A stretch of 64,000 bases of DNA, taken from NCBI RefSeq assembly GCF_009914755.1, contig NC_060931.1; one strand, written 5' to 3'. The first letter of the stretch is position 1. Each line of letters starts with the position of its first letter. The position numbers were made by a program, and so were the translations under genes. Shown piece by piece: positions 40,301 to 53,585 of this stretch. The DNA is from the human T2T-CHM13v2.0 reference genome, Homo sapiens. The notes below the pieces were generated by a model. It had not been told where the DNA came from. It saw nothing but the letters and a program-made list of their open reading frames with translations, and ran no database searches.

Positions 40301-43300
40301 TTGTGCTGTGTGTAGTTCAACTCACAGAGTGGAACGTCCCTTTGCACAGAGCAGATTTGAAACACTCTTTTTGTGGAGTTTGCAAGTGGAGATTTCAAGC
40401 GATTTGATGCCAACAGTAGAAAAGGAAATATCTTCAAATAAAAACTAGACAGAATCATTCTCAGAAACTACTTTGTGATGTGTGTCTTCAACTCACAGAG
40501 TTTAACCTTTCTTTTCTTAGAGCAGTTTAGAAACACTCTGCTTGTTATGACTGCAAGTGGATATTTGGACCTCTTTGAGGCCTTCGTTGCAAACGGGGTT
40601 TCTTCCTTTCATGCTAGACTAAGAAGAGTTCTCAGTAACTTTTTTGTGTTGTGTGTATTCAACTCACAGAGTTGAACCTTGCTTTAGAGAGAGCAGATTT
40701 GAAACACTCTTGCTGTGGCATTTTCAGGTGGAGATTTCAAGCGATTTGAGGACAATTGCAGAAAAGGAAATATCTTCGTATAATAACCAGACAGAATCAT
40801 TCTCAGAAAGTGCTTTGTGATGTGTGCGTTCAACTCACAGAGTTTAACCTTTCTTTTCATAGAGGAGTTTGGAAACACACTGTTTGTAAGGACTGCAAGT
40901 GGATATATGGACCTGTTTGAGGCCTTCGTTGGAAACGGGATTTCTTCATTGAATGCTAGACGGAAGAATTCTCAGTAAATTCTTTGTGTTGTGTGCATTC
41001 AACTCACAGAGTGGAACGTCCCTTTAGACAGAGCAGATTTGAAACACTCTTTTTGCGGAATTTGCAAGTGGAGATTTCTAGCCATTTGATGCCAACAGTA
41101 GAAAGGGAAATATCTTCAAATAAAAACCAGACAGAATCATTCTCAGCAAATTCTTTGTGATGTGTGCGTTCAACTCACATAGTTTAACCTTTCTTTTCAT
41201 AGAGCAGTTTGGAAACACTCTGTTTGTAAAGTCTGCAAGTGGATATATGGACCGCATTGAGGCCTTCGTTGGAAACGGGATTTCTTCATTTCATGCTAGA
41301 CAGAAGAATTCTCAGTAACTTCTTTGTGCTGTGTGTATTCAACTCACAGAGTGGAACGTCCCTTTGCACAGAGCAGATTTGAAACACTCTTTTTGTGGAG
41401 TTTGCAAGTGGAGATTTCAAGCGATTTGATGCCAACAGTAGAAAAGGAAATATCTTCAAATAAAAACTAGACAGAATCATTCTCAGAAACTACTTTGTGA
41501 TGTGTGCCTTCAACTCACAGAGTTTAACCTTTCTTTTCTTAGAGCAGTTTAGAAACACTCTGCTTGTTATGTCTGCAAGTGGATATTTGGACCTCTTTGA
41601 GGCCTTCGTTGCAAACGGGGTTTCTTCCTTTCATGCTAGACTAAGAAGAGTTCTCAGTAACTTTTTTGTGTTGTGTGTATTCAACTCACAGAGTTGAACC
41701 TTGCTTTAGAGAGAGCAGATTTGAAACACTCTTGCTGTGGCATTTTCAGGTGGAGATTTCAAGCGATTTGAGGACAATTGCAGAAAAGGAAATATCTTCG
41801 TATAATAACCAGACAGAATCATTCTCAGAAAGTGCTTTGTGATGTGTGCGTTCAACTCACAGAGTTTAACCTTTCTTTTCATAGAGGAGTTTGGAAACAC
41901 ACTGTTTGTAAAGTCTGCAAGTGGATACATGGACCTGTTTGAGGCCTTCGTTGGAAACGGGATTTCTTCATTGAATGCTAGACGGAAGAATTCTCAGTAA
42001 ATTCTTTGTGTTGTGTGCATTCAACTCACAGAGTGGAACGTCCCTTTAGACAGAGCAGATTTGAAACACTCTTTTTGCGGAATTTGCAAGTGGAGATTTC
42101 TAGCCATTTGATGCCAACAGTAGAAAGGGAAATATCTTCAAATAAAAACCAGACAGAATCATTCTCAGAAAATTCTTTGTGATGTGTGCGTTCAACTCAC
42201 ATAGTTTAACCTTTCTTTTCATAGAGCAGTTTGGAAACACTCTGTTTGTAAAGTCTGCAAGTGGATATATGGACCGCATTGAGGCCTTCGTTGGAAACGG
42301 GATTTCTTCATTTCATGCTAGACAGAAGAATTCTCAGTAACTTCTTTGTGCTGTGTGTATTCAACTCACAGAGTGGAACGTCCCTTTGCACAGAGCAGAT
42401 TTGAAACACTCTTTTTGTGGAGTTTGCAAGTGGAGATTTCAAGCGATTTGATGCCAACAGTAGAAAAGGAAATATCTTCAAATAAAAACTAGACAGAATC
42501 ATTCTCAGAAACTACTTTGTGATGTGTGCCTTCAACTCACAGAGTTTAACCTTTCTTTTCTTAGAGCAGTTTAGAAACACTCTGCTTGTTATGTCTGCAA
42601 GTGGATATTTGGACCTCTTTGAGGCCTTCGTTGCAAACGGGGTTTCTTCCTTTCATGCTAGACTAAGAAGAGTTCTCAGTAACTTTTTTGTGTTGTGTGT
42701 ATTCAACTCACAGAGTTGAACCTTGCTTTAGAGAGAGCAGATTTGAAACACTCTTGCTGTGGCATTTTCAGGTGGAGATTTCAAGCGATTTGAGGACAAT
42801 TGCAGAAAAGGAAATATCTTCGTATAATAACCAGACAGAATCATTCTCAGAAAGTGCTTTGTGATGTGTGCGTTCAACTCACAGAGTTTAACCTTTCTTT
42901 TCATAGAGGAGTTTGGAAACACACTGTTTGTAAGGACTGCAAGTGGATATATGGACCTGTTTGAGGCCTTCGTTGGAAACGGGATTTCTTCATTGAATGC
43001 TAGACGGAAGAATTCTCAGTAAATTCTTTGTGTTGTGTGCATTCAACTCACAGAGTGGAACGTCCCTTTAGACACAGCAGATTTGAAACACTCTTTTTGC
43101 GGAATTTGCAAGTGGAGATTTCTAGCCATTTGATGCCAACAGTAGAAAGGGAAATATCTTCAAATAAAAACCAGACAGAATCATTCTCAGCAAATTCTTT
43201 GTGATGTGTGCGTTCAACTCACATAGTTTAACCTTTCTTTTCATAGAGCAGTTTGGAAACACTCTGTTTGTAAAGTCTGCAAGTGGATATATGGACCGCA

Positions 43301-46300
43301 TTGAGGCCTTCGTTGGAAACGGGATTTCTTCATTTCATGCTAGACAGAAGAATTCTCAGTAACTTCTTTGTGCTGTGTGTATTCAACTCACAGAGTGGAA
43401 CGTCCCTTTGCACAGAGCAGATTTGAAACACTCTTTTTGTGGAGTTTGCAAGTGGAGATTTCAAGCGATTTGATGCCAACAGTAGAAAAGGAAATATCTT
43501 CAAATAAAAACTAGACAGAATCATTCTCAGAAACTACTTTGTGATGTGTGCCTTCAACTCACAGAGTTTAACCTTTCTTTTCTTAGAGCAGTTTAGAAAC
43601 ACTCTGCTTGTTATGTCTGCAAGTGGATATTTGGACCTCTTTGAGGCCTTCGTTGCAAACGGGGTTTCTTCCTTTCATGCTAGACTAAGAAGAGTTCTCA
43701 GTAACTTTTTTGTGTTGTGTGTATTCAACTCACAGAGTTGAACCTTGCTTTAGAGAGAGCAGATTTGAAACACTCTTGCTGTGGCATTTTCAGGTGGAGA
43801 TTTCAAGCGATTTGAGGACAATTGCAGAAAAGGAAATATCTTCGTATAATAACCAGACAGAATCATTCTCAGAAAGTGCTTTGTGATGTGTGCGTTCAAC
43901 TCACAGAGTTTAACCTTTCTTTTCATAGAGGAGTTTGGAAACACACTGTTTGTATAGTCTGCAAGTGGATACATGGACCTGTTTGAGGCCTTCGTTGGAA
44001 ACGGGATTTCTTCATTGAATGCTAGACGGAAGAATTCTCAGTAAATTCTTTGTGTTGTGTGCATTCAACTCACAGAGTGGAACGTCCCTTTAGACAGAGC
44101 AGATTTGAAACACTCTTTTTGCGGAATTTGCAAGTGGAGATTTCTAGCCATTTGATGCCAACAGTAGAAAGGGAAATATCTTCAAATAAAAACCAGACAG
44201 AATCATTCTCAGAAAATTCTTTGTGATGTGTGCGTTCAACTCACATAGTTTAACCTTTCTTTTCATAGAGCAGTTTGGAAACACTCTGTTTGTAAAGTCT
44301 GCAAGTGGATATATGGACCGCATTGAGGCCTTCGTTGGAAACGGGATTTCTTCATTTCATGCTAGACAGAAGAATTCTCAGTAACTTCTTTGTGCTGTGT
44401 GTATTCAACTCACAGAGTGGAACGTCCCTTTGCACAGAGCAGATTTGAAACACTCTTTTTGTGGAGTTTGCAAGTGGAGATTTCAAGCGATTTGATGCCA
44501 ACAGTAGAAAAGGAAATATCTTCAAATAAAAACTAGACAGAATCATTCTCAGAAACTACTTTGTGATGTGTGCCTTCAACTCACAGAGTTTAACCTTTCT
44601 TTTCTTAGAGCAGTTTAGAAACACTCTGCTTGTTATGTCTGCAAGTGGATATTTGGACCTCTTTGAGGCCTTCGTTGCAAACGGGGTTTCTTCCTTTCAT
44701 GCTAGACTAAGAAGAGTTCTCAGTAACTTTTTTGTGTTGTGTGTATTCAACTCACAGAGTTGAACCTTGCTTTAGAGAGAGCAGATTTGAAACACTCTTG
44801 CTGTGGCATTTTCAGGTGGAGATTTCAAGCGATTTGAGGACAATTGCAGAAAAGGAAATATCTTCGTATAATAACCAGACAGAATCATTCTCAGAAAGTG
44901 CTTTGTGATGTGTGCGTTCAACTCACAGAGTTTAACCTTTCTTTTCATAGAGGAGTTTGGAAACACACTGTTTGTAAGGACTGCAAGTGGATATATGGAC
45001 CTGTTTGAGGCCTTCGTTGGAAACGGGATTTCTTCATTGAATGCTAGACGGAAGAATTCTCAGTAAATTCTTTGTGTTGTGTGCATTCAACTCACAGAGT
45101 GGAACGTCCCTTTAGACACAGCAGATTTGAAACACTCTTTTTGCGGAATTTGCAAGTGGAGATTTCTAGCCATTTGATGCCAACAGTAGAAAGGGAAATA
45201 TCTTCAAATAAAAACCAGACAGAATCATTCTCAGCAAATTCTTTGTGATGTGTGCGTTCAACTCACATAGTTTAACCTTTCTTTTCATAGAGCAGTTTGG
45301 AAACACTCTGTTTGTAAAGTCTGCAAGTGGATATATGGACCGCATTGAGGCCTTCGTTGGAAACGGGATTTCTTCATTTCATGCTAGACAGAAGAATTCT
45401 CAGTAACTTCTTTGTGCTGTGTGTATTCAACTCACAGAGTGGAACGTCCCTTTGCACAGAGCAGATTTGAAACACTCTTTTTGTGGAGTTTGCAAGTGGA
45501 GATTTCAAGCGATTTGATGCCAACAGTAGAAAAGGAAATATCTTCAAATAAAAACTAGACAGAATCATTCTCAGAAACTACTTTGTGATGTGTGCCTTCA
45601 ACTCACAGAGTTCAACCTTTCTTTTCTTAGAGCAGTTTAGAAACACTCTGCTTGTTATGTCTGCAAGTGGATATTTGGACCTCTTTGAGGCCTTCGTTGC
45701 AAACGGGGTTTCTTCCTTTCATGCTAGACTAAGAAGAGTTCTCAGTAACTTTTTTGTGTTGTGTGTATTCAACTCACAGAGTTGAACCTTGCTTTAGAGA
45801 GAGCAGATTTGAAACACTCTTGCTGTGGCATTTTCAGGTGGAGATTTCAAGCGATTTGAGGACAATTGCAGAAAAGGAAATATCTTCGTATAATAACCAG
45901 ACAGAATCATTCTCAGAAAGTGCTTTGTGATGTGTGCGTTCAACTCACAGAGTTTAACCTTTCTTTTCATAGAGGAGTTTGGAAACACACTGTTTGTAAA
46001 GTCTGCAAGTGGATACATGGACCTGTTTGAGGCCTTCGTTGGAAACGGGATTTCTTCATTGAATGCTAGACGGAAGAATTCTCAGTAAATTCTTTGTGTT
46101 GTGTGCATTCAACTCACAGAGTGGAACGTCCCTTTAGACAGAGCAGATTTGAAACACTCTTTTTGCGGAATTTGCAAGTGGAGATTTCTAGCCATTTGAT
46201 GCCAACAGTAGAAAGGGAAATATCTTCAAATAAAAACCAGACAGAATCATTCTCAGAAAATTCTTTGTGATGTGTGCGTTCAACTCACATAGTTTAACCT

Positions 46301-47453
46301 TTCTTTTCATAGAGCAGTTTGGAAACACTCTGTTTGTAAAGTCTGCAAGTGGATATATGGACCGCATTGAGGCCTTCGTTGGAAACGGGATTTCTTCATT
46401 TCATGCTAGACAGAAGAATTCTCAGTAACTTCTTTGTGCTGTGTGTATTCAACTCACAGAGTGGAACGTCCCTTTGCACAGAGCAGATTTGAAACACTCT
46501 TTTTGTGGAGTTTGCAAGTGGAGATTTCAAGCGATTTGATGCCAACAGTAGAAAAGGAAATATCTTCAAATAAAAACTAGACAGAATCATTCTCAGAAAC
46601 TACTTTGTGATGTGTGCCTTCAACTCACAGAGTTTAACCTTTCTTTTCTTAGAGCAGTTTAGAAACACTCTGCTTGTTATGTCTGCAAGTGGATACTTGG
46701 ACCTCTTTGAGGCCTTCGTTGCAAACGGGGTTTCTTCCTTTCATGCTAGACTAAGAAGAGTTCTCAGTAACTTTTTTGTGTTGTGTGTATTCAACTCACA
46801 GAGTTGAACCTTGCTTTAGAGAGAGCAGATTTGAAACACTCTTGCTGTGGCATTTTCAGGTGGAGATTTCAAGCGATTTGAGGACAATTGCAGAAAAGGA
46901 AATATCTTCGTATAATAACCAGACAGAATCATTCTCAGAAAGTGCTTTGTGATGTGTGCGTTCAACTCACAGAGTTTAACCTTTCTTTTCATAGAGGAGT
47001 TTGGAAACACACTGTTTGTAAAGTCTGCAAGTGGATACATGGACCTGTTTGAGGCCTTCGTTGGAAACGGGATTTCTTCATTGAATGCTAGACGGAAGAA
47101 TTCTCAGTAAATTCTTTGTGTTGTGTGCATTCAACTCACAGAGTGGAACGTCCCTTTAGACAGAGCAGATTTGAAACACTCTTTTTGCGGAATTTGCAAG
47201 TGGAGATTTCTAGCCATTTGATGCCAACAGTAGAAAGGGAAATATCTTCAAATAAAAACCAGACAGAATCATTCTCAGAAAATTCTTTGTGATGTGTGCG
47301 TTCAACTCACATAGTTTAACCTTTCTTTTCATAGAGCAGTTTGGAAACACTCTGTTTGTAAAGTCTGCAAGTGGATATATGGACCGCATTGAGGCCTTCG
47401 TTGGAAACGGGATTTCTTCATTTCATGCTAGACAGAAGAATTCTCAGTAACTT
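34371..47453 (+). repeat. Copy B of the ~13.1-kb multi-HOR duplication
   Basis: Markers at 36255, 39185, 40315 and 43955, in the same order and spacing as copy A. Confidence 0.85.
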
Positions 47454-50400
47454 TTTTGTGCTGTGTGTATTCAACTCACAGAGTGGAACGTCCCTTTGCA
47501 CAGAGCAGATTTGAAACACTCTTTTTGTGGAGTTTGCAAGTGGAGATTTCAAGTGATTTGATGCCAACAGTAGAAAAGGAAATATCTTCAAATAAAAACT
47601 AGACAGAATCATTCTCAGAAACTACTTTGTGATGTGTGCCTTCAACTCACAGAGTTTAACCTTTCTTTTCTTAGAGCAGTTTAGAAACACTCTGCTTGTT
47701 ATGTCTGCAAGTGGATACTTGGACCTCTTTGAGGCCTTCGTTGCAAACGGGGTTTCTTCCTTTCATGCTAGACTAAGAAGAGTTCTCAGTAACTTTTTTG
47801 TGTTGTGTGTATTCAACTCACAGAGTTGAACCTTGCTTTAGAGAGAGCAGATTTGAAACACTCTTGCTGTGGCATTTTCAGGTGGAGATTTCAAGCGATT
47901 TGAGGACAATTGCAGAAAAGGAAATATCTTCGTATAATAACCAGACAGAATCATTCTCAGAAAGTGCTTTGTGATGTGTGCGTTCAACTCACAGAGTTTA
48001 ACCTTTCTTTTCATAGAGGAGTTTGGAAACACACTGTTTGTAAGGACTGCAAGTGGATATATGGACCTGTTTGAGGCCTTCGTTGGAAACGGGATTTCTT
48101 CATTGAATGCTAGACGGAAGAATTCTCAGTAAATTCTTTGTGTTGTGTGCATTCAACTCACAGAGTGGAACGTCCCTTTAGACACAGCAGATTTGAAACA
48201 CTCTTTTTGCGGAATTTGCAAGTGGAGATTTCTAGCCATTTGATGCCAACAGTAGAAAGGGAAATATCTTCAAATAAAAACCAGACAGAATCATTCTCAG
48301 CAAATTCTTTGTGATGTGTGCGTTCAACTCACATAGTTTAACCTTTCTTTTCATAGAGCAGTTTGGAAACACTCTGTTTGTAAAGTCTGCAAGTGGATAT
48401 ATGGACCGCATTGAGGCCTTCGTTGGAAACGGGATTTCTTCATTTCATGCTAGACAGAAGAATTCTCAGTAACTTCTTTGTGCTGTGTGTATTCAACTCA
48501 CAGAGTGGAACGTCCCTTTGCACAGAGCAGATTTGAAACACTCTTTTTGTGGAGTTTGCAAGTGGAGATTTCAAGCGATTTGATGCCAACAGTAGAAAAG
48601 GAAATATCTTCAAATAAAAACTAGACAGAATCATTCTCAGAAACTACTTTGTGATGTGTGCCTTCAACTCACAGAGTTTAACCTTTCTTTTCTTAGAGCA
48701 GTTTAGAAACACTCTGCTTGTTATGTCTGCAAGTGGATATTTGGACCTCTTTGAGGCCTTCGTTGCAAACGGGGTTTCTTCCTTTCATGCTAGACTAAGA
48801 AGAGTTCTCAGTAACTTTTTTGTGTTGTGTGTATTCAACTCACAGAGTTGAACCTTGCTTTAGAGAGAGCAGATTTGAAACACTCTTGCTGTGGCATTTT
48901 CAGGTGGAGATTTCAAGCGATTTGAGGACAATTGCAGAAAAGGAAATATCTTCGTATAATAACCAGACAGAATCATTCTCAGAAAGTGCTTTGTGATGTG
49001 TGCGTTCAACTCACAGAGTTTAACCTTTCTTTTCATAGAGGAGTTTGGAAACACACTGTTTGTAAAGTCTGCAAGTGGATACATGGACCTGTTTGAGGCC
49101 TTCGTTGGAAACGGGATTTCTTCATTGAATGCTAGACGGAAGAATTCTCAGTAAATTCTTTGTGTTGTGTGCATTCAACTCACAGAGTGGAACGTCCCTT
49201 TAGACAGAGCAGATTTGAAACACTCTTTTTGCGGAATTTGCAAGTGGAGATTTCTAGCCATTTGATGCCAACAGTAGAAAGGGAAATATCTTCAAATAAA
49301 AACCAGACAGAATCATTCTCAGAAAATTCTTTGTGATGTGTGCGTTCAACTCACATAGTTTAACCTTTCTTTTCATAGAGCAGTTTGGAAACACTCTGTT
49401 TGTAAAGTCTGCAAGTGGATATATGGACCGCATTGAGGCCTTCGTTGGAAACGGGATTTCTTCATTTCATGCTAGACAGAAGAATTCTCAGTAACTTCTT
49501 TGTGCTGTGTGTATTCAACTCACAGAGTGGAACGTCCCTTTGCACAGAGCAGATTTGAAACACTCTTTTTGTGGAGTTTGCAAGTGGAGATTTCAAGCGA
49601 TTTGATGTCAACAGTAGAAAAGGAAATATCTTCAAATAAAAACTAGACAGAATCATTCTCAGAAACTACTTTGTGATGTGTGCCTTCAACTCACAGAGTT
49701 TAACCTTTCTTTTCTTAGAGCAGTTTAGAAACACTCTGCTTGTTATGTCTGCAAGTGGATATTTGGACCTCTTTGAGGCCTTCGTTGCAAACGGGGTTTC
49801 TTCCTTTCATGCTAGACTAAGAAGAGTTCTCAGTAACTTTTTTGTGTTGTGTGTATTCAACTCACAGAGTTGAACCTTGCTTTAGAGAGAGCAGATTTGA
49901 AACACTCTTGCTGTGGCATTTTCAGGTGGAGATTTCAAGCGATTTGAGGACAATTGCAGAAAAGGAAATATCTTCGTATAATAACCAGACAGAATCATTC
50001 TCAGAAAGTGCTTTGTGATGTGTGCGTTCAACTCACAGAGTTTAACCTTTCTTTTCATAGAGGAGTTTGGAAACACACTGTTTGTAAAGTCTGCAAGTGG
50101 ATACATGGACCTGTTTGAGGCCTTCGTTGGAAACGGGATTTCTTCATTGAATGCTAGACGGAAGAATTCTCAGTAAATTCTTTGTGTTGTGTGCATTCAA
50201 CTCACAGAGTGGAACGTCCCTTTAGACAGAGCAGATTTGAAACACTCTTTTTGCGGAATTTGCAAGTGGAGATTTCTAGCCATTTGATGCCAACAGTAGA
50301 AAGGGAAATATCTTCAAATAAAAACCAGACAGAATCATTCTCAGAAAATTCTTTGTGATGTGTGCGTTCAACTCACATAGTTTAACCTTTCTTTTCATAG

Positions 50401-53400
50401 AGCAGTTTGGAAACACTCTGTTTGTAAAGTCTGCAAGTGGATATATGGACCGCATTGAGGCCTTCGTTGGAAACGGGATTTCTTCATTTCATGCTAGACA
50501 GAAGAATTCTCAGTAACTTTTTTGTGCTGTGTGTATTCAACTCACAGAGTGGAACGTCCCTTTGCACAGAGCAGATTTGAAACACTCTTTTTGTGGAGTT
50601 TGCAAGTGGAGATTTCAAGCGATTTGATGCCAACAGTAGAAAAGGAAATATCTTCAAATAAAAACTAGACAGAATCATTCTCAGAAACTACTTTGTGATG
50701 TGTGCCTTCAACTCACAGAGTTTAACCTTTCTTTTCTTAGAGCAGTTTAGAAACACTCTGCTTGTTATGTCTGCAAGTGGATACTTGGACCTCTTTGAGG
50801 CCTTCGTTGCAAACGGGGTTTCTTCCTTTCATGCTAGACTAAGAAGAGTTCTCAGTAACTTTTTTGTGTTGTGTGTATTCAACTCACAGAGTTGAACCTT
50901 GCTTTAGAGAGAGCAGATTTGAAACACTCTTGCTGTGGCATTTTCAGGTGGAGATTTCAAGCGATTTGAGGACAATTGCAGAAAAGGAAATATCTTCGTA
51001 TAATAACCAGACAGAATCATTCTCAGAAAGTGCTTTGTGATGTGTGCGTTCAACTCACAGAGTTTAACCTTTCTTTTCATAGAGGAGTTTGGAAACACAC
51101 TGTTTGTAAGGACTGCAAGTGGATATATGGACCTGTTTGAGGCCTTCGTTGGAAACGGGATTTCTTCATTGAATGCTAGACGGAAGAATTCTCAGTAAAT
51201 TCTTTGTGTTGTGTGCATTCAACTCACAGAGTGGAACGTCCCTTTAGACACAGCAGATTTGAAACACTCTTTTTGCGGAATTTGCAAGTGGAGATTTCTA
51301 GCCATTTGATGCCAACAGTAGAAAGGGAAATATCTTCAAATAAAAACCAGACAGAATCATTCTCAGCAAATTCTTTGTGATGTGTGCGTTCAACTCACAT
51401 AGTTTAACCTTTCTTTTCATAGAGCAGTTTGGAAACACTCTGTTTGTAAAGTCTGCAAGTGGATATATGGACCGCATTGAGGCCTTCGTTGGAAACGGGA
51501 TTTCTTCATTTCATGCTAGACAGAAGAATTCTCAGTAACTTCTTTGTGCTGTGTGTATTCAACTCACAGAGTGGAACGTCCCTTTGCACAGAGCAGATTT
51601 GAAACACTCTTTTTGTGGAGTTTGCAAGTGGAGATTTCAAGCGATTTGATGCCAACAGTAGAAAAGGAAATATCTTCAAATAAAAACTAGACAGAATCAT
51701 TCTCAGAAACTACTTTGTGATGTGTGCCTTCAACTCACAGAGTTTAACCTTTCTTTTCTTAGAGCAGTTTAGAAACACTCTGCTTGTTATGTCTGCAAGT
51801 GGATATTTGGACCTCTTTGAGGCCTTCGTTGCAAACGGGGTTTCTTCCTTTCATGCTAGACTAAGAAGAGTTCTCAGTAACTTTTTTGTGTTGTGTGTAT
51901 TCAACTCACAGAGTTGAACCTTGCTTTAGAGAGAGCAGATTTGAAACACTCTTGCTGTGGCATTTTCAGGTGGAGATTTCAAGCGATTTGAGGACAATTG
52001 CAGAAAAGGAAATATCTTCGTATAATAACCAGACAGAATCATTCTCAGAAAGTGCTTTGTGATGTGTGCGTTCAACTCACAGAGTTTAACCTTTCTTTTC
52101 ATAGAGGAGTTTGGAAACACACTGTTTGTAAAGTCTGCAAGTGGATACATGGACCTGTTTGAGGCCTTCGTTGGAAACGGGATTTCTTCATTGAATGCTA
52201 GACGGAAGAATTCTCAGTAAATTCTTTGTGTTGTGTGCATTCAACTCACAGAGTGGAACGTCCCTTTAGACAGAGCAGATTTGAAACACTCTTTTTGCGG
52301 AATTTGCAAGTGGAGATTTCTAGCCATTTGATGCCAACAGTAGAAAGGGAAATATCTTCAAATAAAAACCAGACAGAATCATTCTCAGAAAATTCTTTGT
52401 GATGTGTGCGTTCAACTCACATAGTTTAACCTTTCTTTTCATAGAGCAGTTTGGAAACACTCTGTTTGTAAAGTCTGCAAGTGGATATATGGACCGCATT
52501 GAGGCCTTCGTTGGAAACGGGATTTCTTCATTTCATGCTAGACAGAAGAATTCTCAGTAACTTCTTTGTGCTGTGTGTATTCAACTCACAGAGTGGAACG
52601 TCCCTTTGCACAGAGCAGATTTGAAACACTCTTTTTGTGGAGTTTGCAAGTGGAGATTTCAAGCGATTTGATGCCAACAGTAGAAAAGGAAATATCTTCA
52701 AATAAAAACTAGACAGAATCATTCTCAGAAACTACTTTGTGATGTGTGCCTTCAACTCACAGAGTTTAACCTTTCTTTTCTTAGAGCAGTTTAGAAACAC
52801 TCTGCTTGTTATGTCTGCAAGTGGATATTTGGACCTCTTTGAGGCCTTCGTTGCAAACGGGGTTTCTTCCTTTCATGCTAGACTAAGAAGAGTTCTCAGT
52901 AACTTTTTTGTGTTGTGTGTATTCAACTCACAGAGTTGAACCTTGCTTTAGAGAGAGCAGATTTGAAACACTCTTGCTGTGGCATTTTCAGGTGGAGATT
53001 TCAAGCGATTTGAGGACAATTGCAGAAAAGGAAATATCTTCGTATAATAACCAGACAGAATCATTCTCAGAAAGTGCTTTGTGATGTGTGCGTTCAACTC
53101 ACAGAGTTTAACCTTTCTTTTCATAGAGGAGTTTGGAAACACACTGTTTGTAAAGTCTGCAAGTGGATACATGGACCTGTTTGAGGCCTTCGTTGGAAAC
53201 GGGATTTCTTCATTGAATGCTAGACGGAAGAATTCTCAGTAAATTCTTTGTGTTGTGTGCATTCAACTCACAGAGTGGAACGTCCCTTTAGACAGAGCAG
53301 ATTTGAAACACTCTTTTTGCGGAATTTGCAAGTGGAGATTTCTAGCCATTTGATGCCAACAGTAGAAAGGGAAATATCTTCAAATAAAAACCAGACAGAA

Positions 53401-53585
53401 TCATTCTCAGAAAATTCTTTGTGATGTGTGCGTTCAACTCACATAGTTTAACCTTTCTTTTCATAGAGCAGTTTGGAAACACTCTGTTTGTAAAGTCTGC
53501 AAGTGGATATATGGACCGCATTGAGGCCTTCGTTGGAAACGGGATTTCTTCATTTCATGCTAGACAGAAGAATTCTCAGTAACTT
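47454..53585 (+). repeat. Probable tandem duplication of a 3-HOR block (period 3066 bp)
   Basis: C>T at 47454 and 50520, each followed by the same linked variants (ggatactt, gtaaggactgc, gacacagc, ctcagcaaa) and then two near-consensus units. Confidence 0.7.
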
